Shown: positions 37,679-50,000 of the stretch, in pieces
Numbering within the stretch: position 1 is the first letter of the stretch
How the letters are laid out: each line of letters opens with the position of its first letter
Assembly: GCA_030248215.1 (NCBI GenBank)
Contig: JASANG010001881.1
Location: forward strand, 1 to 64,000
Length of the DNA: 64,000 bases
Reading direction: 5' to 3'
DNA from: Enoplolaimus lenunculus
Taxonomy: Eukaryota
Program-made: the position numbers and the translations under genes
The notes under the pieces: model-generated
Told to the model about the DNA's origin: nothing
Databases searched by the model: none
The model's input: only the letters and a program-made list of their open reading frames with translations

Positions 37679-38603
37679 GTAATTTTAGAGTTTGGAACGC
37701 TTTAATTAACCGTATTTCTCAAAGACAAAGCGTTAAAATCATTTTTCAATCACAATTAACAGATTATTGCTAAAATTGCCCATTCAACATCATGGTTATT
37801 GCATGTTCCACATCCGGTTCCAACTTCAACTCCGTTAAAAATTGCGCACCTCCGGTTCCGACGATTTTCTTACTTCCGGTTGTGGCCTGATAACATGAGT
37901 TTAAAACATCGCGATTAAAACAAAGTTTTCAGAAATGAAGTTTTTTTCCTGACCTAAAACATCGCTTGTTTACTGATATATTTTATCGCTGGCTTGTAAG
38001 CATTTGGGTACTAAAGGGAATTGTTCTCCGTATCATAGGTTGCTAAAATTAAATATAAACCGTCATTTCTACTGCAATTATATAGACTGCGCGGCCCATG
38101 TATAGAACAGGGCCGGATCATTTTCCTGAGTTACTGTAATAGAGTCAGTTTAAGCTTTGGACTAATTTTTTGGCTTAGGCTTATGCTTAAGCTTAGGAAT
38201 ATGCGTACAATACTGTTCCGCCCCTGTTCTTTACAATGGCCGCCTGAATCTTAGCTTGAAATAATTGTTGTATTTGTTGTATTGTTTGCTTTGCGGTAGT
38301 CTCAATAAGCTTATACTACTGTTCCGGTCGTCTTCTATACAAAGGCCAAATTTTTTATACCTTAATATCTGTTTTTCGTTAACGTTGGTTTAGTCAGCAT
38401 TCATTATCCTTTTCAATATTACGTTAATTATATGCACCTGTCTACTAAACTTAAGCCTAAGCCTCATGTTACTTTTAGGGCCGCACCGGTTTCTGGTGGG
38501 TAGTATGCTTAGTTAAATTCTAGATTACATTTTTCGCTTAGGCTTTGGCTATGCAACTGTACTTTTAACGGAATTTGTTTAAAAATTTTAAGGGAAATAT
38601 TAA

Positions 38604-38735
38604 TACTTAATTTTTTAAATGATTTCAATTAATATTAATTTTTTAAAATGATTTCAATTAAAATTAATTTTTTAAAATGATTTCAATTAAAATTAATTTT
38701 TTAAAATGATTTCAATTAAAAATGATTTCAATTAC
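38604..38735. repeat. AT-rich tandem repeat, about 31-bp unit
   Basis: TTAATTTTTTAAAATGATTTCAATTAAAA repeated 3-4 times. Confidence 0.8.
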
Positions 38736-41716
38736 AATTATTTTTTGTTTCGTTTTCATTTTAGTTCACTTATTTATTTTTAATCTATAAAACGAGATTG
38801 GTCCACATACGTATTTTGGGAAGCTTTCCAACAGATTTTTGTTTATGTTTCGCACGCAAATGAACACTGTATGCATTGGAAATACCTATTGTTTCGGATG
38901 TGTATATATCTGTAAAGCACTACAGCTTTACAAAACGCAGATTTTTAATTTCGTTCACTTAATATGAGGGACCCAATCAACAATTTTGCCTTGGGCCGAA
39001 GAAGCCTTAGTCCAGTTGCACATGTGTACAAATACGTATACGAGTATTAATGATCACAAGAGTTTGCCGCGTTTTAACCAACTTGATGCAAAAAAAAGTT
39101 ATATTTCAGAAACAAATTAAAATAAAGTATCACACAATTAATACGCAGTGCATAAAAAACAATGGTTGTATTCATAATTAGAAGGATGCAAGTCAATATA
39201 ACTGGATTCTCCATCTTAGGTTTAGGCTAAGGCTTAGGATTAGGTTTAGGAAACGGCTTACCTGACCCGACGCCTAACCTTAAATTCCGAATTGAAAACT
39301 AACCAAAAACGGTTGCAATATGTTTCTCCAATCAGATTTGTTCCTATGAAAATTGTATATAAAAACGACGGGAATAAGCTGCATTCAAATTAATTGTCGT
39401 GAGCTTTCCAGCTTTATTAATATTGTCCTAAACCTAAACCTAATTCTAAAGTCTTAATGCAGATGCAAAAATGGTTGCAGGTAAGTTTTAGTTGATATTA
39501 ATTTAACGGTAAATTGCTGGCAAAATTGATGTGAAAATGGGAAAAAAATGTAAGTTGTAATGCGGGGTTCACGTTATAACCGGGGCAGCTTGGGACATGA
39601 TTTGCCCCTACTAGACTATTGGAAAACATTTTGACAGGTTAAAGACCCCACATCATATTCAAAAAATTCGTATTTGTCTGCCATTATCATGTGTGGGTCA
39701 CCTGTTGTTCTTCAACATTGTATGATATTCGAGGCAGTGATATTTGAGTTTCATCTGTTGACCCAATATGAGAACCCTAATTTTAACATTGACGTCGAAA
39801 CATTTCAGGACAAACCGTAACCCAACTGTACCGGTTATAACGTAAAATCTGCGTACATAAATAACTGTACAGAGATTTGGCTAAGTTTTTTGTCTATAAA
39901 ACAGAGGTTAACTATTAATGAATTAAGTAGCACAAATCACCGAATATAATAAAAGACATTTTTAAAATTAATACGAACGCTTTGAGCCAAAGTGTGAAAT
40001 TTTAATAAAAACTGCAACTGATAATTGAATATATTTTCCGCTTATGACATCAGAGGAAATTACCACAAAATGGTTGGATTTTGAAAATTTTTTATCGCAT
40101 TTTTTGGTCTTTATGACGTCACCTGATTATCTCGACGTCAAACTGACATTATCATCAAAAATTTTACTTGAATTCAATTTGTCATGTTACCCGTTAACAT
40201 AGAGATTAAAGCGTGTTTTCAATGGTGCTTTTGTGCACATTCCCCACGTTTCATGGTTTAGGTTTAGGCTTAGGTTCAGACTTTTGGGTAAATGTCACCA
40301 TAACCAATTGTCGGACTGCATAAAAATATTTATGCTTCAAAATGCACCAGAAGCACATACGAACAAACCTCAGCGTTGAGATATACTTTTTGAAGATTTC
40401 CACAAAATCCGGATACATCCGGTGACTTCCGGTATCGTTTATCCTTTTACAGATCCTGTCATACAGGTCAAAATTTAAATGTTAAACAAATTAGGGTTGC
40501 GCGATACTTTACTGAGCCACACGCCGCCCTACGCCGCTGTGAGCCGCCATACGCTGGTTTGCGTAGCCAACAAACACAGCAAAATCGGTTTGCTGGCGTG
40601 CGGCGACGCGCGGCAATTTTTAATAAATTTACACTGCCGCGCGTCGGCGTTCGGCGACGCAAAGCGAGTATTGCGTACCGTTTCCGGTACCGTTAAAACA
40701 CTTCCTTCATGACAAACTGTCCGGAACATTTGGTTCCGCAATTTCTGTAAACATTTTGATGGTTCACTTTTTTTTCAGCCATACAAATGCCGACGGTAAA
40801 CTGTGACACAGGTAACACCAGGTTGATTTTGAAACTGAAACTTTTCAAAAATTATGTCCAGTGATACCAAGTTCATTAATAATTGAACATTTACCATTTC
40901 TATCATCTGTTTCGCAACATATATATACATATATGCATGAATTATATATATGTATATATATTTATATATATGTATATATATATACATATATATAATTCAT
41001 ACATGTATTTAATATATCGGTTTATGAAACCGGGGTCATCAGAGCCGCGTCCCCTGATCACAAAGTAATGTTTGTCAAGTGGAGACAATGTCTCAGTGAA
41101 TCACTGCTGCTAACGATTGGCTGATGCCATAATCAAATTTGAGAATATTTTGCTATAATAAAATATAAGAATTTTGTTGAAAAATATACCGGATACGTGG
41201 CAAAATTGCATAAGCCCAACGAACCTTCTCACATTACCCGTGGACTTAGCCAGCATTTTAGAAACATAGGCGTCATATCTTGTGAAAATTTGCAAATGGG
41301 CCTTTTTCTGTGTTTCTGGCTGAAAAGGTGCCTAAAAGTCTTTGAATATTAATCTCAAAGGGGGCCGTAGACCCTTGATATACCCCTCTGGCGATACCTT
41401 TGTTCGCAACCCCCAAGTTGAGTCCCCGCGAGATGTGTGAATAATTAGATTTAAGTGTTTTAGCTTAAACTTTTAAAGCTGCCATACGTTAATCATCTGG
41501 TTTCAAACAAGTTTCGCTAATTATATATTTTAACCAGAAAACTTATATTTTCCAATTTTTAAACATTTCGATTCTGGTTAAATGTGGCAAATTTCAAATT
41601 TAACACCGTTTGCCAGACTGCGCCTGCAATTTTGACCCTTAACTGAAATTAGTTAACTTTTATTGGTTCTAACAAGACAAATGGCAGCAAGGGCAACACC
41701 TGCTGTCGGAAGCGCC

Positions 41717-42160
41717 GGCCAATGTAAAGAACAGAGGCGGAACAGTATTATAAGCATATTCCTAAGCATAAGCCTAAGCCTAAGCCTAAGCCTAAGCGTA
41801 CGAATGAGCATATTCCTAAGCCTAAGCCTAAGCGTAACAATGAGCATATTCCTAAGCCTAAGCCTAAGCGTAACAATGAGCATATTCCTAAGCCTAAGCC
41901 TAAGCCTAAGCGTAACAATGAGCATATTCCTAAGCCTAAGCCTAAGCCTAAGCGTAACAATGAGCATATTCCTAAGCCTAAGCCTAAGCCTAAGCGTAAC
42001 AATGAGCATATTTCTAAGCCTAAGTCTACTTAAGCCTAAGCATAAGACTGAACATATTCCTAAACCTAAGTCTAAACCGAGCAAAAAATGGTCTAAAGCT
42101 TAAGCTTACTCTTTTCTAGTCCCACAGAAAAACGTTCCGCCTCTAATATTTACATGGGCC
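41717..42160 (+). mobile_element. Merlin-like telomere-repeat MITE with about six internal tandem units
   Basis: TIRs GGCCAATGTAAAGAACAGAGGCGGAAC / GTTCCGCCTCTAATATTTACATGGGCC; perfect TSD GAAGCGCC. Confidence 0.88.
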
Positions 42161-42908
42161 GAAGCGCCGAAGGGAATGACTACAGGCCCAAATGAAATTC
42201 CCCCCCCACCGGTTATTGAAACTATTTTGGCAAATTAAACGAATTTTAAGTTAGAAAAATTTTCTTATCCCGAACTCATCGAATCATTAGCCCAAATTAG
42301 TTGAAAAACAAAAATAAACTTTAAAAGTGTTGTTTTTCTAAATTCAATCTGAAATCAAATAGGAGCCATTGGGGTTGAATTGTAATAAAACAGTTTTGGA
42401 ATGACTTTTCCATAAAAGTTTGAAATCATAATTTTCCAAAAAGTTTGAAATCATACTTTTCCAAAAAGTTTGAAATCATAATTTTCTTTTTTTGCGATAA
42501 AATGGAAAGGTCCCCCCTACCTTACAATATTTCACCCCCCGACAATTTTCAGTATAAAATGATAAGGTCCCTCCCTACCTTACAATTTTTGCGTTTCACA
42601 TAACGTTTGCCAGCCCGCACCGCCCCCGCCGTCAGAAATTTCTGGATCCTGCCTCTGACAGTTGCAACAAGTTTTGAAAGGTCGGGGTTCCAACCATACG
42701 GCTCTGAGGCAAATAGATCAGCCATCGCCAATAACTGTCTTTAAATTGATTTTAAGCAGGTCACTTTAACTCAGAACATTTCAAAGTGTGAACCTTTTTT
42801 CTCAAACTCAGCTATAAGTCCAGTTTGAAAATTCAAGAATTTCGCAAGAATTTAAAAAGTTTTAAAAAGTTTAAAGTTTCAAACCATTGCTAAAGACGAA
42901 ATTATTAA

Positions 42909-43170
42909 CCCCTTCTCACATTGAGTTGCTCATAGGCAACTTAGCGCAGCGTATATACATTAAGTAATATATATCGCACCGTGTTTAACAATTGCAACAC
43001 GTATACATAGTACTAAATTACCACAAGACGTGAGAGCCCCTCGGGCTCGAGCGTCAAGCTCCTATAGCTGAGTGGTGATGGTACACGCCTCCCACACTAG
43101 TCACTGGAGTTCGAATCCTGGCATAAAAGTAGATCTCAGGGGAAATAGAAAATATTCATGTGAGAAAGGG
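42909..43170 (+). mobile_element. piggyBac-like MITE containing a tRNA-Gly-like Pol III cassette
   Basis: TTAA|CCCCTTCTCACAT ... ATGTGAGAAAGGG|TTAA; internal A box TAGCTGAGTGG and B box GGAGTTCGAATCC. Confidence 0.8.
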
Positions 43171-43210
43171 TTAAATAGCGGCTTATATAAAGTACTACCT
43201 AAACCGTTGG

Positions 43211-43422
43211 GTCCATATTCTCAAATGTGTATAGCAACTATCATCAGCTAGTAATAGTTTCTCAAACTCGCTAACTGTTGCACATGTTGAACTCAAAGTT
43301 TGAGAAAAGCAAATCATATACGAAAAATGTGCTGAATTTGAAGCCTCAGCATTCACTGGCTTGAAAATTACAAAACCTAACACCCACTGGTGATAGATGC
43401 TACACACAGTTGAGAATACGGG
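43211..43422. mobile_element. TIR MITE family TATTCTCAAATGTGTATAGCA (related copies at about 17520-17893, 23200-23385, 26139-26365, 28320)
   Basis: Inverted termini ATTCTCAAATGTGTATAGCAACTATCA / TGATAGATGCTACACACAGTTGAGAATACGG. Confidence 0.6.
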
Positions 43423-43862
43423 CTTTGGACTGACTCCTCTTATAGTTTCCCAGGAGCTTTCATCCAGTTCCCAAGTGGAGTCGTATGCCAGTTATCCTGA
43501 TACTTTGAAAACTTAAAGTCCAAAACTGTAAATTTCGACTGAAACCAATTCTCGACCGTTTGATCGACATTTAACCAGTCGTATTTGAAATCATACCCAT
43601 TCAACGCATATTCGTTTCACCAAATTTCCAACAGAAACCCAATCACAGTTTCAGATACTCAAAGCAGCATCGAAAATAATAGTTTCACAACGTTCATCCG
43701 AACGTCAACGTAGGTTGAAAATTTCGGCTACAAATTGCTCTAACTCAAAGTTCAACCGTAGCCTTCGAGCAAACAGTGCTCGTCGTGTGAATAGGGCCGC
43801 GTTTTCAACTGACCGTTTCAACACGATTTGGAAGATTTCAACTGACGATTGAAAAGTTTCAA

Positions 43863-44044
43863 CTACAAATGACCCAAATCTAACGCGTGATACAGCGCAT
43901 CAATGTCCGACACCGAATTCACACGCCAGAACGGGATCTGGAGCGCCTTGGCGGCGCTTTCTTCTTCTCGGCCATGGCCCACCGCTACGTACGTCGCCTT
44001 TTTGCCGAATCGCTGTTGAATTCGATCAAAGCAACTTTCTTTCC
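43863..44044 (-). CDS. eya: eya last exon
   Basis: TTTACAG|GG acceptor; [41 protein letters not shown]...LDLGHL*. Confidence 0.95.
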
Positions 44045-47000
44045 CTGTAAAATATTGACATAAATTTATTTTGAACGCTTTCAAGCACAGCCCGGTTGAA
44101 AATTACTTAAATAGTTTTACTTTGCGTAAAAAGTAGCTAAAATAATTTGAGTAAATTATTTTAAACATTTTTGTAATCCTATAATAACTATTTTTTCTAT
44201 CCGGTTCCGTTTGAAATATTTTTAAATCCGGATTAGGGTTTCGCTATAATTAACGTGCTGTGCCATGCGTCAATAACCGTGCGTTCATGTGTTGAAAAGT
44301 GACTAAATTACATTTTGTATTAATGGTTTCGGTTCCGGTATTATTTAAATTCGGTTCATTGACGATGTATTTTTTCGCAAAAACTCAAAAATAACAATTT
44401 TTTGGATATTTTTTCTTGCTAAATTAATAGATATTAAATTTTAAAAAAAACTTATTCTAAATATCGTTTCAGTGAACAAATCCAAACGTGTACCTACCGA
44501 CTTTGGCGGAACAGTAAATATTTTCCGCCGGAAATGCCGGCGCCAGCCCGTAAAGCAACAGTTTGACCAGTGTTTGCGGCAATTGATTATTCGACGCCAA
44601 AACATTGACATATCTTGGCCTGAAATATTTTTCGTTATTTTTGTTTTACATTAATTTCGTTCATTTATTCCTCGATCATATCGAGCACGGATGTCGCTAT
44701 ACTTGTTGTGTGGCTCCAACCTCGTCACAAATCAGAAATAATTTAGTGATAAATTGGTTTACGGTGCCGCCGAACGGCGCCAAACGGTAAGAAACGACGC
44801 CCAAAGGCGCAGATATGGTAAAAAAGTGTAAACGAATAGCAAAAATAACGAAAAGGGAAACGGAAAACTGTTATTGAAGTATATATAAATTTCAAATAGA
44901 TTGTATTTTTCTGCCAACACAATTCAGACGTGTAAATGTTCATCGGGCGTTGTAAAATTTTGAACAAAAATGGCGGATGCACCGAAATTTTTAAGATTAC
45001 GGATGAATATCGTAATTTTTGTTTCAGTTCGGACAATTGCAGCATATCTGTAATGAAAAATTGCGAGAAATTTACGTAATTTATAGCTAATTTTGAACGT
45101 AAACAGAAACGAATTTACGGTATTTCTATAACGAAAACGGAAACAGAAACGGATACCGATTTTGACCGGAAACAGAAACGGATACCGATTCTGACCGGAA
45201 ACGGAAACGGATATCCGGTTACACCCTGGTAGTCTCGATTAAATGTTGTATTGAAATGAAACCACTAACCTTGACGATATAAGTTTTGAAGTTTTGACTG
45301 CAGAATTTGTCCAATTATCACTGATCATATCAATTTCTGTGCGTAAATTCGCCAATGATTGATTCATATTTTGGCCGACGGAAGATTGCAGTATTAAATC
45401 TGAAAACAAAAAGTAGAAAAGATTAATATTATTGAATAAAACGTGATAAATTTGAGAGATTCGAAGGTGGCTTGCTTAGAAACCTATACAAGTATATATA
45501 TACCAGGGTTCCACCGGATTTCCTGTTCCATCCGAAATTCTTGCAAAAATTCATTTCGTGTTCCTGTTCCTGTTGCGATGAAACTTAGTTCCTGTTGAAA
45601 AACGCTGAATATATATGTGTATATTTCGTAGGTCAGTCTGCTATTCAGGCCAATTACCAATTGGCCTAGGCCAATATGCTATTCGGTGCAAATAAGCAGT
45701 TTGGCCTAAGCCAATTTGCGGTTGTGAGATTTCGCAAAACAACAGTGATTTAATACCAACGCGGATTGGTTAGCAGTATTGCGTCTGTCTAAATAATCGA
45801 ATCTGATTGGTCAATAAGTTTAATACCAGCCTATACGAAACTGCTAATGGCCATGGCCAATTAGTAAATGGTCTGAATAGCAGATTGGCCTGAACAGCAG
45901 ATTGGCCTGAATAGCAGATTGCCCTGCGACATATTATACGTATATTTGGATATATGTGTACTTGCGAACACATTTGATAATATACGGTTATTACAGCTTA
46001 TGTTTCAAATTACAATAATCAACTGATCTTGTAAATAAACTTTACAGCTCTGATCAGATAAAACAGTCCTTTGCTAATATGTTGCATTAATAAGTTTTTC
46101 ATCTTTTGGTACGACAGATCCGGTGACAAAATGAATATCCGACATTTTGAATCCGGACCTGGACGCCTGGATCACATCTTTGGAGCGCTTACTTCCAGGG
46201 CATTCTTGATATAAACAGTATAAATCGCGTATTTTGCGATAACGAAACGCTAATTTTCGCATCCAGTCCATTCCGCCCCGCATTGCATGATTAGCTGTGG
46301 GAAGGCAAATTGCACCAGCGGTGGCAGGAGTTCCTCCTGACAGCGGACCGGTGCCGTTGGACATTTGCGGCAGAGAGACCGGAGAAGCGATGGTCGCTAG
46401 TGTTGATGCCACTCCACCCATAGGCGTCGAACTGGTCACCGGACAATTTGAACCAAGCGAGCTCAAAACGAAACCGTCAGCGTTGAAGTTGTAACCCCTG
46501 AAAATAGTGAACTGTAGCGAAAAAGTTAATTGCGCCTAGGTTAAAAAATACAACTGAAATTGGTCAGACTTTTAAAAGTTTGGTTCAAATCTGGCAAAAT
46601 TTAAAGTTGAACTCAAGCTGGGCGCAAAAGTTGAATTGAAAACAATCAAAATTTACAAAGTTAAATTAAAACCAGTCAAAATTTAAAAAGTTCAACTGAA
46701 ACCGGTCCGAACTTAAAAAGTTCAACTTAAACCGGTTTCAATTTAAAATATTCAATTGAAACCTGTCCGAATTTAAAAAGTTCAACTTAAACCGGTTTCA
46801 ATTTAAAATGTTCAACTGAAACCGGTCCGAATTTAAAAAGTTCAACTGAAACCGGTTAAAATTTAAAATGTTCAACTGAAACCTGTCCGAATTTAAAAAG
46901 TTCAACTTAAACCGGTTTCAATTTAAAATATTCAACTGAAACCGGTCCGAATTTAAAAAGTTCAACTGAAACCGGTTAAAATTTAAAATGTTCAACTGAA

Positions 47001-50000
47001 ACCTGTCCGAATTTAAAAAGTTCAACTTAAACCGGTTTCAATTTAAAATGTTCAACTGAAACCGGTCCGAATTTAAAAAGTTCAACTGAAACCGGTTAAA
47101 ATTTAAAATGTTCAACTGAAACCTGTCCGAATTTAAAAAGTTCAACTTAAACCGGTTTCAATTTAAAATGTTCAACTGAAACCGGTCCGAATTTAAAAAG
47201 TTCAACTGAAACCGGTTAAAATTTAAAATGTTCAACTGAAACCTGTCCGAATTTAAAAAGTTCAACTTAAACCGGTTTCAATTTAAAATGTTCAACTGAA
47301 ACCTGTCCGAATTTAAAAAGTTCAACTTAAACCGGTTTCAATTTAAAATGTTCAACTGAAACCGGTCCGAATTTAAAAAGTTCAACTGAAACCGGTTAAA
47401 ATTTAAAATGTTCAACTGAAACCGGTCCGAATTTAAAAAGTTCAAGTCAAACCGGTTAAAATTTAAAATGTTCAACTGAAACCTGTCCGAATTTAAAAAG
47501 TTCAACTTAAACCGGTTTCAATTTAAAATGTTCAACTGAAACCGGTCCGAATTTAAAAAGTTCAACTGAAACCGGTTAAAATTTAAAATGTTCAACTGAA
47601 ACCGGTCCGAATTTAAAAAGTTCAAGTCAAACCGGTTAAAATTTAAAATGTTCAACTGAAACCTGTCCGAATTTAAAAAGTTCAACTTAAACCGGTTTCA
47701 ATTTAAAATATTCAACTGAAACCTGTCCGAATTTAAAAAGTTCAACTGAAACCGGTTAAAATTTAAAATGTTCAACTGAAACCGGTCCGAATTTAAAAAG
47801 TTCAACTGAAACCGGTTAAAATTTAAAATGTTCAACTGAAACCGGTTTCAATTTAAAACGTTCAATTGAAACCGGTCACAATTTAAAATGTTAAATTGGA
47901 AACCGGTTAAAATTTAAAATGTTCAACTGAAACCGGTCCGAATTTAAAAAGTTCAACTTAAACCGGTTTCAATTTAAAACGTTCAATTGAAACCGGTCAC
48001 AATTTAAAATGTTAAATTGGAAACCGGTTAAAATTTAAAATGTTCAACTGAAACCGGTCCGAATTTAAAAAGTTCAACTTAAACCGGTTTCAATTTAAAA
48101 CGTTCAATTGAAACCGGTCACAATTTAAAATGTTAAATTGGAAACCGGTTAAAATTTAAAATGCTTCAGAACAAAAGCCCTGTTCACATGTGCATGTTTT
48201 ATGAAGCAGATCAGATTATCAAAAGAATTACGACAACGCTTACCTCAAATCCTGCCCGTTATCATCAGCAGCTAAATCTTCAATGTGAACTTGATCACAA
48301 TCCTGTAAAAAAATACAAAAATCATACAGGTAAAACGGTTCAATTTGGTTTAAGTTTACATCTGATGCGTGCCTTAGGTCTGCGATATATTTACAGGTCA
48401 TCAGGAATAAACCTAAGGTTTTCTAGTAAAAGAAATTTAAAGTTGAATATTTTTATATATTATGAATACATTATGGTTCGGTACACGTTTAAAAATACCA
48501 GAAACGGAAGCGGAACTGGTACTGTAAGTTTAGTTTAAGCTGTTTTGGTTTGTAAGACTCTTAGGTTTTGGAAAACTGCGATGAATTTTGAAATTTTACC
48601 ATTGTTTGAATGAGCGGAAGACCTAAATAGAACAACTTCCAATGGGTGTTCTAATTACCGTTTCCGGCCCATGTATAGAACAGGGCTGGATCGTTCTCCG
48701 GCTGAGCTGTAATAGAGTCAGTTTAAGCTTTAGACGAACTTTTTTTGCTTAGGCTTAGGCTTCGGCTTCGGAATAGGCTCATTTTTACACTTAGGCTTAG
48801 GCTTATGTTTAGGAATATGCTTATACTACTGTTTCGGCCCTGTTCTATACATGGGCTCCGTTTCCATAACATATGACATTCTCAATTCCGAAAATATACG
48901 AGGGTGCGACGTGAGAGTCGCCTCTTTAGCTACGAACAACTTACCCTGGGGGTGAATATTTTTCAACTGCATTAAGAGAATTGTATGTTAAGAAAATTTT
49001 TTATTTCCACCCTTTTGCAATCATTTTTGAATTCTACTAAACATCTCTGACGGTAGGAGACTGCAAAATTGTGCTCGGATTTTAGTGTTTACCTGGAGTT
49101 CTTGAAAAAAGAAATGTGGCTCTCCGATTGCGTAGAACAATTTTTGCATTTCGTATCCTGCGCTCATACAAATTCTTGGGTCCTAAAATAGTGTAAAACC
49201 CTAAAACCTTTTGGCCACAAATGAAAATGGGCTGCGGTTTATAAACCACGACCCACAGGGACACGTGCGGTCACCGCTGACCATCAACCAAAGTGACCCA
49301 CGACTCAAATTCACTTTAGACTCTGCATTTGTTGCTAAAAAGAAACCAATAAAGCAAGCAAAAGCCACTGGAAATAATTACGTACTATCCAATCAACTTT
49401 GCGCAAAAGCGTTAGCGAATGTATATAAAAGGCTGTATTCAAATTTTTTAATTATAGACCAATCACGTGCTACGAAACTATTGTAAACAAATTATGCTTG
49501 AAACTTTTCCAAAATACGTATGTGGAGCGTTCGAGCTTTAATCATATAGATAACAGGTTCTTATGGTATTAATTGTTCAGTAACCACGTATTATGTTGAG
49601 AACTAACTGAAGCTAACAGCTGTACTACAGCAGGTGCAACTCTCGCCTATTCAAACCCGTTTTTGCTTACTGATAAGCTTAGATAATTATTACATCAAAC
49701 GACACCGCCCCGTAAGAAAAGTGGCTCACGACAATTTCCTGCATCCATCATACAAATTGTTTTAACCCACAAACCGAGCCTATTGAACTACCCACGGGCA
49801 TTGCTGGGGTAGCTCCACCTTGGCCCACGCCCCCCAGCCGGAAACTTACCTTTCCAAATCGTTGGGCGTGTGAATTATCGTTCAGTGAGTTGAACAGGAT
49901 TAAAGTTTCGTCTAAATCCCAGATGAACACGCGTTCCCATTCTTGTTCGTGTTGCGTCGGACTCGCGTCGCGGCTTTTTCGTTTTTTTCCTTTGGCTAAA

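Noticed and set aside
41653..42103. 143-aa and 146-aa ORFs and many other LRLRLR / LGLGLG / PKPKPK ORFs
   Set aside because: All are translations of TTAGGC-containing MITE cores.
43058..43130. Functional tRNA-Gly gene
   Set aside because: Acceptor and anticodon stems pair poorly, and the sequence sits inside a TIR element. Treated as a tRNA-derived cassette.
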